Origin: Tubiluchus corallicola
Taxonomy: Eukaryota; Animalia; Priapulida
Assembly: GCA_030141605.1 (NCBI GenBank)
Contig: JAQGDQ010000967.1
Coordinates: 10,845-74,844 of the forward strand
DNA: 64,000 nucleotides
Direction: 5' to 3'
A program made the translations under genes and the position numbers. The notes below the pieces were generated by a model. That model was given only the letters and a program-made list of their open reading frames with translations, was not told the origin of the DNA and made no database searches. Shown here piece after piece: positions 49,901 to 60,100 of this stretch (its first letter is position 1; every line of letters starts with the position of its first letter).

Positions 49901-52900
49901 GGGTCATCTAGTCTCCTGCCCACATGGAGAAGGGCAGTGAAGGACCAAAGGGTCATCTAGTCTCCTGCCCACATGGAGAAGGGCAGTGAAGGACCAAAGG
50001 GTCATCTAGTCTCTTATATATAGATATAGATATATATATATAGTATATTAAAAATTAACGGTGATGCTGCGAATAACAAAAACAAAAACAAATAAGAAAA
50101 AAATAATAAAAACAGTATAAATGATACAAATTATCCAAAAAGAACTGAAAACAAAAAATAATAAGGTTAGATACCTAAATCTAAACAAAACAATACAATT
50201 ATTCAGTAATTATGATTATTATATGTAGTAGTTTCAAATGGGGTCTTATTAACAGGGGAATTTGACCAAGGTTAGTGAGTAAAGTTAAAAACTGAGAGAA
50301 AAAATAAGCATCAAAAAAGTGTAATATAGAAAAATTTATGAGAAAAAGTAAGTATGAGAAAGAGCAACAATTACTTAGGAGATGAGGAGAAAAAAGAAAA
50401 GAAAAAACTTGCTAGCTTGCTTATTAGTCTTACAAGTTATGTACTACAGGTATATCCATTTAGTAAGATTTTTGGGTATGTTTTGGAAGCAGAAAATAAG
50501 CTGAGTGTGGAGAACTGAGTGTGAATGCAAGTAGCAGTTTGAAAGTGGCTTAACTGGACTTGCCACCTGCTTTGCAGAGCAGTTAGCTAAAGGTTTGCCA
50601 TATTGCCCACATAGCACTGATGATGAAACCCGCAATGGAAATTTCGATTCTCGAAATGTCTGGGGGGTTTTTGTAAGAAAGAATAAAATTTTAGCATTCC
50701 ACGAATCCCCGGCTACCCACGGTTTTTGTCCCACTTTGGAAAGGTAATCAAACTTGAACTTGTTCATACCTGTTCGTACTCTAGTAAGCCATGTTTTTCT
50801 TTGTCTCTCATTGTTCTTTTTGCCAGGTACACGGCTAGAAAAAACAACAAAACTTCTCTTATAAGACAATCTATAAACACTACTTACTTCATTATTACAC
50901 TTATTACTTTATTATTACACTTATTACTTCATTATTACACATTTTACTTCATTATCACACTTATTACTTCATTATTACACTATTATTACACTACTTACCT
51001 CATTATTACACTACTTACCTCATTATTGCACTACTTACCTCATTCTTACACTAATTACTTCATTATTACACTTATTACTTTATTATTACACTACTTACCT
51101 CATTACACTACTTACCTCGTTCTTACACTAATTACTTCATCACACTACATTATTACGCTACTAACCTCATTACACTACTTACCTCATTATTACACTACTT
51201 ACCTCGTTATTACACTAGTAATCTCTACACTGCTTACCTCATTATTACACTACGTACTTTATTACTTCATTATTGTTTTGTTTAGGTTTATTTGGAAGAC
51301 GTCATCGAGCGCTCTGTCAGCTTCGCGCAATTTCACCTGCAGAATACCATTTATGGAGCTTACGATCCGGTCTACAAGGTGGCGCCCAACTCTCGCGGTA
51401 AGTTTGTGAGGCGTGAGTCGGAGAAGCGTTATTGTGGTAGATGGTAAATGGTTTTTGTATCGGGATTCTCGGGTAACACTGAGTACTCTACGTGCAGGGA
51501 CATGTTAGTGAAATTGAAATTGCAAATTGAAATGGAAATCATAATTTGCGAGGCGTAGACAACTGATACCAAACGAAACCGAACCGAAATCATTATTGCG
51601 AGACTAATTACCGTCAAAACTGAAAAAAACCCGAAATTAATAAAATCCCAGCAAAAAAGGTAGAACGATGTTTATGGTTAGAAATCATGATGCTTTGAAT
51701 AAATGAACAAATTTTATTTTCTTAATATTTCGTTGCCTACATTTCATAAATTATCAAATTATATTCAAATGATGCTTTGATATTTCGGTTGATTGTGCCT
51801 GGAGACCTTGACAGTCATCAGCACTGAAGATGTGCCGCGTTGCCGTAAGAAGCATGCTACAAATGGTACAGAAAGCTATACAAACTATATGTACGCTTTA
51901 CAAATATATATATATATATATTTGTATATAAATATATATATAAGATTCGAGGCTACAGCTCCGACGACGGCACCATTTGCGGTGAGCTATATATCAAATG
52001 AAAGGTCTCGATCTAGTGTCGTGCGTGCCATTGGGGGTTTATTTTTGGAATCGGGCGCACCGGGAGGAACGGGGGGCGAAAAACCTCCAAAAATGGCCAT
52101 TTTTCGGCAGTTCTTTGCAAAACTTATACCTCTTATTTCTGAAGAACTGGAACGGGCCGAGGGTGATGCTGGCTATGGGTAGATAGCCTGTTCAGCGGTG
52201 GGTGTCATAGGTCTATTTAGAATTTGCGAGAGGGTCACGGCGTCCCGTAACGGGCGTTTCCTGGACCCAACTCGCGATTTTTTCGAAATTTTGACCAAAC
52301 AGCATGCGGAAAAAACGTTCTAGTGGCGCCCGGTGGGACTCTTGGAAGGAGATATATGGCTCTTTAGAAAGAGGAAGAACGGGGCTGCACGATGATGTGG
52401 GCTATATGTTGGGACACGTCCAACAAGAGGAGTACCGACGAGTTAATTAGATGTTCTATTTTTGGCAATTTTCGCTTAGAAAACTGCTGACGCAAAGCCA
52501 TTGATCTGACGTCATCCATTATACTCTGTCTATAACCTTATAATGTAAAAGCTGCTACAGGCTTTGTGTTATAAATGAGGACTACGTAGGATGTTTGCGT
52601 ATTATTGATTATAACTATATTTATGCGCAAAATTTTTGCGGGGCCTTTGCTAATATATATATTAATAGCAATATTGTTTAAACACTTATGTTTCTGACTT
52701 TAATTTTTTCATCGTGTTTTTTATCTTATTTATATTTCTCTTTTACAGAGGCTTTAGCAACTAGTAATCGTATGAAGCGGAGTCGGGCGCACGCTGTAAC
52801 GTCTAGGCCTATTATTTCTCTGTATAATAAACTGGTTGATCTAGTCGGAACTTTTGCTGATTTAGTGGAGATACAAGCGCTGACGGATACGACTGTGTTA

Positions 52901-54009
52901 CAGGTGAGGGGAAAATCAAGTTTGTCTGTTTTGCAGCTGTCAAGTTTGGTAGTCACAACTTTTTGTTGAATGTCAATGATGTAGCCTTTGTGATTATCAA
53001 GTTTGTCCGTTTTGCAGTTGTCAAGTTTGGGAACCACGACATTTTGTTGAATGTCTTTTGTAAATGATGTACCTTTGTGATTATCAAGTTTGTCTGTTTT
53101 GCAGTTGTCAAGTCTGGTAGTCGCGGCTTTTTGTTGAACGTCTTTTGTAAATGATGTAGCCTTTGTGATTATCAAGTTTGTCTGTTTTGCAGTTGTCAAG
53201 TTTGGTAGTCACGGCTTTTTGTTGAATGTCTTTTGTAAATAATGTAGCCTTTGCGATTATCAAGTTTGTCCGTTTTGCAGTTATCAAGTTTGGTAGTCAC
53301 GGCTTTTTGTTGAATGTCTTTTGTAAATGATGTAGCCTTTGTGATTATCAAGTTTGTCCGTTTTGCAGTTGTCAAGTTTGGTAGTCACGGCTTTTTGTTG
53401 AATGTCTTTTGTAAATGATGTAGCCTTTGCGATTATCAAGTTTGTCCGTTTTGCAGTTGTCAAGTTTGGTAGTCACGGCTTTTTGTTGAATGTCTTTTGT
53501 AAATGATGTAGCCTTTGTGATTATCAAGTTTGTCTGTTTTGCAGTTGTCAAGTTTGGTAGTCACGGCTTTTTGTTGAATGTCTTTTGTAAATGATGTAGC
53601 CTTTGCGATTATCAAGTTTGTCCGTTTTGCAGTTGTCAAGTTTGGTAGTCACGGCTTTTTGTTGAATGTCTTTTGTAAATGATGTAGCCTTTGTGATTAT
53701 CAAGTTTGTCCGTTTTGCAGTTGTCAAGTTTGGTAGTCACGGCTTTTTGTTGAATGTCTTTTGTAAATGATGTAGCCTTTGTGATTATCAAGTTTGTCTG
53801 TTTTGCAGTTGTCAGGTTTGGGAACCACGACATTTTTTGTTGAAAACATCAGCGAATTGCAGTTGAATGCACTCAGATTGATAACTAATGTAAGTGCATT
53901 TTGAGTGTTTTAAACAAAAATTTATTACAGCTTGGTTAGAGAATAAATCTTCTGGTTTACCCATTTAACTATTTTGGTTACTTATTTACCTCCTTACCGT
54001 TTCTTTCTC

Positions 54010-54054
<45 letters not shown>

Positions 54055-54055
54055 A

Positions 54056-54136
<81 letters not shown>

Positions 54137-57100
54137 CTCTCTCCCCGCTCTCTCTCTCTCCCCTCCTCTTTCTCTCTCTCCCTGCCTCCCTCTCTCCCCC
54201 TCTCACTCTATCTCTCATCAAAATTCACATTACAATCTTGTTTGCTATATTTACTTGGCTTTTTGTCTTTAGGTATTCGCTCGGTACGAGAAGCACAGAC
54301 AATTGATTCTAGAAGATCTTTTAGCATCGTTAGCTAGGTTACCAACGAGTAAACGAAGTCTTCGAAACTATAGGTGAGTGAAATGATGATTTATATTTGC
54401 CTTATTAAGGTTCGTTCACACATGGCAGCTATTCACACCTAACATACTTGCTTTCAAGTTATAAAGGTACATTGGGCAGCTGCGACGTGCATTCGCGACT
54501 TGTGACGTGTGACCGTTTGCGAAAAGTGGAAGATCCTCCAATTTTTTGAGCGACGATTTCTCGCGTGAGTGACGTCAGCAGTGCAATAGCCAATGATCTG
54601 CCAGCATGACACTTGCTATCGAAGTTTAGACGCGTTCTGACTCCCATCTTTCTTTCTCCTCTCCTTCTCTTGCACTCTCTCTCTCTCTCTCCCTCCCTTT
54701 CTCTCTCTCTTTCTCTTTCCCGCTCTCTCACTCTCTCGCTTTCTCTCTCTTCCTTCCTCTCTCTCTCTCTCTCTCTGTCTCTCTCCCTCTTTCTCTCCCT
54801 CTCTCTCCCTCTCTCGCTTTTTCTCTCTTCCTCTCTTTCTTCCTCTCTCTCTCTTCCTCTCTCTCTTCCTCTCTCTCTTCCTCTCTCTCTCTCTTCCTCT
54901 CTCTGTCTCTCTCTCTCCCTCTCTCTCTCTTTCTCTCTCTTAACAAACAAAAAGCATAAGCGAGTTGAGAAATTCATTGAATGTTTGAATATCCATTTGT
55001 AGAAAACTTTTGTACTCAAACAAATCGCAAGATTACAAATTAGGCAATAAGCAGCATGTTTATACCTGTTAGCTCACCATTTGTGCTGCCAAATTATCCT
55101 ATTTCCTCTAAGCAATAATCGAGTAATCACCAGATAAAATATTTTTATCTTCCATTTCTCCCAGTAAACCAATTCTCACCAAATAAGCAAGTACTTACTG
55201 CATTTTTAGTATCATTCGTGTACAACCCAGTCCACTCCTTATGGTGCATCACCTCAAGCTTAATTTTACTTCAAAAATAAAGTTCATTTTAAGAGGAAAC
55301 GTGTATCTGTTTGCCAATAGTTGTAACCCTGACAGCAATGCCCCCTTGTCAGTTTAGCAACGTTATTTAATTTGAAGGAAAAGTCAATTTTTCTGGAGAG
55401 CTTTTTTCAATGTTCCTGAAAAATGTTACAAAGATTTAGTAACAAAAATTCGATGAGCGTCTTGCGTAATTGATGAAATCAATTTAATGTTGCGATCATT
55501 TCAAACATGAGCCCGACCGTAACACCCGAGATGCTAAACGTGCACACGAGTCGCGAATGATTAACTTAGTAATTGTTCGCTTTTTCGTTAGTTTTTCGCA
55601 CCGTTGACGCTGTTTGTTTGTTTGTTATTCTAGGTTAAACGCTGACGAGCAGATTCAGATGATGTCTGCGCTAGTCTTGCAGCTTATTCAGTCTGTTGTG
55701 AAATTGCCCGAACAGGCAGAGAAGGCAGAGAGTCGACCTGTCTCTCCTAGCGAGGATAATCCAGTGAAGAAGTTAGAAAAGGTACTTACGAATATTGAAT
55801 CTCTCACAAGTCGAGCAGTTAGTATTATTGAGTGGTACCAATAGCCATTGTTTATCAGACTCACGGTTAATAGAATCAATCGCTTAATTCCGGGGTGTGC
55901 AAATTGCGGCCCGCGGGCCACTTGCGACCCGCTGAGAGAATTTGTGCGGTCCGCAAAGAGATTTGTCAACCTAATGAAAGTGCGGCCCGGGCGATTAATT
56001 GAGTGTATCCAGCTGAAGTCCGTGCCACGATCCCAAAGATAGTGCGGGTAGTTTTATCCTCTAGATCGGATGCCATTAACCCTTACAAGATGGTTGTAAC
56101 TTAATGTCACTGTACTACACAAACTGTGTGATACACATTACTAATATGCATTGTAATGAAATTACCACTATCTGTCCTGAAAGTAGAAATATATGGTTTG
56201 TAATATAAATTTTAATAACTTCTAAAATAGTTTCTTGAGTGTAGTAGTGCAGTAGTGATGATGTGCGCAGGTCGGATGCAAAAAATCCTTATTAGGCCCT
56301 ACTGTACTTGGCTCCTTGATCAAACTGCCTGTGGCCCGCAGGAATTGTGGGAAAGTTTAATGTGGCCCGGCTAGTCAGATAATTTGTACACCCCTGGCTT
56401 AATTGACTCAAAAACGTCTAGTATGGGCTGTTTCTATTCAAATGTTTATAAAAAACTGTCCTTAATTGATTCATATAACTCCTTCACATACTTAAAATAA
56501 GACATTTGTATGTGGCCAAAAAACCTTTCCTACTTTTATGTCATCTTTGCTTCGCTTTTGTACACTGTACTGTAAGTACAAACAGTCACGTTAAGTACAA
56601 CTTTGTTTTGTCACGCAGTAAACACGCTAGCGTAACGCTTTTGCTTTGAATACGTCACCAGCTCGTCCGCTACATTTAACCTCGTTACCGAAGAATTTCT
56701 GAAAGCTGAACTTTTAATCACCACGCAATGTCTTGCAGTGATTAAGTTAAAGCTCTTGCTGTTTTTCACAGAATATTTAACAAGTTATCTGTTGTTGTTA
56801 TGCCACCGATACAGCGACTGATCAGCCAGTTTTCTTACAGCCAGTGGAGGCTCATAGCTAAAGTTAATCGGGGGTTTAATACTGTGTAAAATGAAGCAGA
56901 CATGTAGTTTTAATGTTGTGATATACATTTGTAATTTTAAACAAACAAACATACAAAAGTTTATACATAAACTTGATAAAATCCCAAACAAAAAATATTT
57001 TTTGCTTACTAATAGCTTAAATTGTCACAGTTCAGGCTTGATCCATTCACGGTGAGCACGTGACAACTGACAACAAACTGTGTGAGTGACAGTACTTTTT

Positions 57101-60100
57101 CTATCTGTGCTCAGACATTTGTGTAGCAGCTAAACACCGTGTTGCGGGGCTGTGAAGCAAACAGTACTACCCTCACATGCTCTGGTTCCGTACAAGTATA
57201 AAGAAAGAACTAAAGAAAAAAGGTTTATAATATTGAATATTATCAATAACATTGAGTGAAAATAGGGGGCGCTGCAGTTCCACACCCATACAAGATCTGG
57301 CACTGAGTATTTCACTTTCAAAAAAATAAATGAACATTTGTCCTGCATCTGCTGTTATAGTGCTTTATTAAACTCAATCTATTCCACAGTACCTATACAT
57401 GAGCCTCGACTACTTGTGACTTTACAAGTGTAAGTATCATAGAGCCACTAAGAGCATAGAGTTAATTGGAAAAATATAGTGAGATATAAAGGCTCCACAG
57501 CTTTTGCAATGCATACTAAGTGATGTTTTGTACTTGTTTTTATTTATCTATTTATTTCACATCAACACAAATACACAATTAATACGTTAAAAGAAACAGA
57601 AAGTTATCAATAATTCAATGAATAGCAAACAGTGAGATACATAATAGGAAGCAAATTTTGTAAAAAATGATTTAGTCTGTCTTTAGACGTAGGTCAACCT
57701 ATGGTAAACAAACATAGTGATATCGCTACTTCCTTTAATACTGGTGTCTAAACAACGTTATGTACAGCATCGTTACAAATATACTAACTTGACTCTCAAA
57801 ACACTGTGGGGTTGAAAGATAAACAAGAGAATTATCGCTGTTGTATGTTGCTTAGTAAATTCGTATACAGTTCAATTATGAATTACGAATTTATTCCACA
57901 GCAACTCAAACATACATACAAATTGATATTACATTGAAAAAAAAATAAACTATGCGAGTTACTGTGAGGAGGGGAAGGAGCATTGAGCTTTCGAGTCCTC
58001 CTCCAGATATACAGTTTACTTTGAGCACATAACTAGTTTAGATATACCGTAGTTTAGGTTTGCTATATATACAAATGTAAATGTGTTGCGGGCAATCAAA
58101 AAGCAGGGCTTGTCCCACACTGTAAAAGAAAAAAAATAATAATCTTCTATACCAGCAATACTACATCTGTGATCTAATAGATCCAGTCACTTAATTAGAT
58201 CAAAACACTTCCATGCCAAACTGAGTCTATTAAGCGGCGCTTGCTTTAGTAATTATAGCTGTTTTCAATGTAGCTAACATGGTGGTTGTGAAACGTCCTC
58301 ATTCAAATGTCATTCGTACAAAATTATGCTTCACAGTACAGCGACGGAAACGGTCAACGCTCATTCTCGTATTTTCCAGATCGACACAGACGTTGCAATA
58401 GTCACTTCGTACGAAAATGCAATGAGAACAGCGCACAATTTCCTAGCCGTATTTCTAAAGAAGTAAGTTTGGTTCATTTTAGCACCAATGTTGAAATAAG
58501 ACGTGATTGTTACTGGAAAAAAATCGTTACTGGCAGTTTAACAGTTATTGTAGGAATGAATCCAATGGATTTTGAATTTGTGTATGATGAGCAAATGCAT
58601 TTCATGTATTATTTTACATGAAAATCCATTGTGTGAGGAGTAGAAACCTACAAAAATTATCAAATATAATGTAATCTCTTCTTAGTGAGAACAGTTTTTT
58701 ATGAAGCCATGCAAAATGCAGCAAATGCTTACGGTTCTGAAAGAGTTAAACTTCATTTTAGAAGTTTTTCTGAAGTGATAAATAATAAATACATTATTGT
58801 TTGCTGTACATGTTAGTGTAGTGCATTATTATGAGGAATTATCTTTGTTTTACTTTAGATGCAGTTCAAAAACGGAAGAGATTGACTATCGACCAATATT
58901 TGAGCACTTTGTGCAGGATTTGTTGTCCACCGTCAACAAACCCGAGTGGCCGGCTGCGGAACTATTACTCAGCTTCTTAGGAAAATTACTGGTAAGTGAT
59001 GGTTCAGTCACTCATTCGCGTGTTGTATGCTCTGTTGTATTGTAGTTTTGACTTGAATATCTACACTCATATCTCAGTTTGCCTTGATATGAGTGTAGAT
59101 ATTATCTGGTACACTTAACCTTTGACCTTTTCACGATCATCATCAATTGCTAAAATTGTGAAAAGGCCTATTATAACACAGATACAATATAATCTTCAGA
59201 AATTCACTGAAATCCTTCAACATGTTGCCCACGATGAACGATGTTATGTAGTAGCAACAGCCGTGGCGTGACTCGATAGCGCACATGACTATACCGGTCT
59301 GTCCTTGTGACCATAAAATTATTGCTTAATACACATTTTCACACACGAAATGGGGTGATAATTAAAGATCTTTTATCTTGGAAAATGGTACGTTTATTGC
59401 TAGAAAACTGTGAAAGAGTAAAGGACATTCTGCACATAGACAGTAACAAAAACACCTCGGTTTGTCAGACAAAAGCTGGGAGACATTAGTCAGCTTTGTC
59501 GATTGTCCGTATTTTTCGATACTAAACTAATACAGTAGGCGCCGTGTATTAGACTCACCGTGATGTAGAATCAATCGCCTAATTGTTTCAAAAATGTCTA
59601 GTATGGGCTGCTCCTATGCAAAAGTTTATAAAAACTGTTGGCAATTGATTCAGATAACTCTGTATAATTGTCTCTAAACCACTTAAGCGCGCTGACAAAC
59701 AAGCAACACCCGTGTTGTTACACGCTGCTTGGTTGCACTAATGTAATGATGTAAACAAAGTGACGGCCCGCCAACTAGCAGTCAGCTCTCAAAACAACGG
59801 ACCGTGCCCCTAGTATGCGGGACTTTTAACGGTCCAGCTCTTGTCTGATTTTTCCGATGTCCGTAAAAGCAAGTTCCGGCAAACCGAGATATGTGTATTT
59901 GACAGAAATAAGGAAGCATGCCTTGAAAAACTGCCACACAAAAAAGCTGGAACATAAAACTGTAATGCGCAAGTTTGTCGAGATTAAATCAATAACTCCA
60001 TAGTACAAGATCAGAAAATGTTTTCTTCCGTAATTAACTACGAACGTATCACATTTTGCACTAATTTTGTTTAACAATTGTGTAAATATTGATTTTTATT

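Noticed and set aside
50990-51240. Antisense GAG|GTAAGT donors in the low-complexity repeat
   Set aside because: Wrong strand for NIPBL and no antisense exon evidence
51793-52530. GC-richer ORF-bearing segment as a nested gene
   Set aside because: No recognisable protein and no consistent splice sites; more likely an unclassified repeat, though I found no second copy in the window
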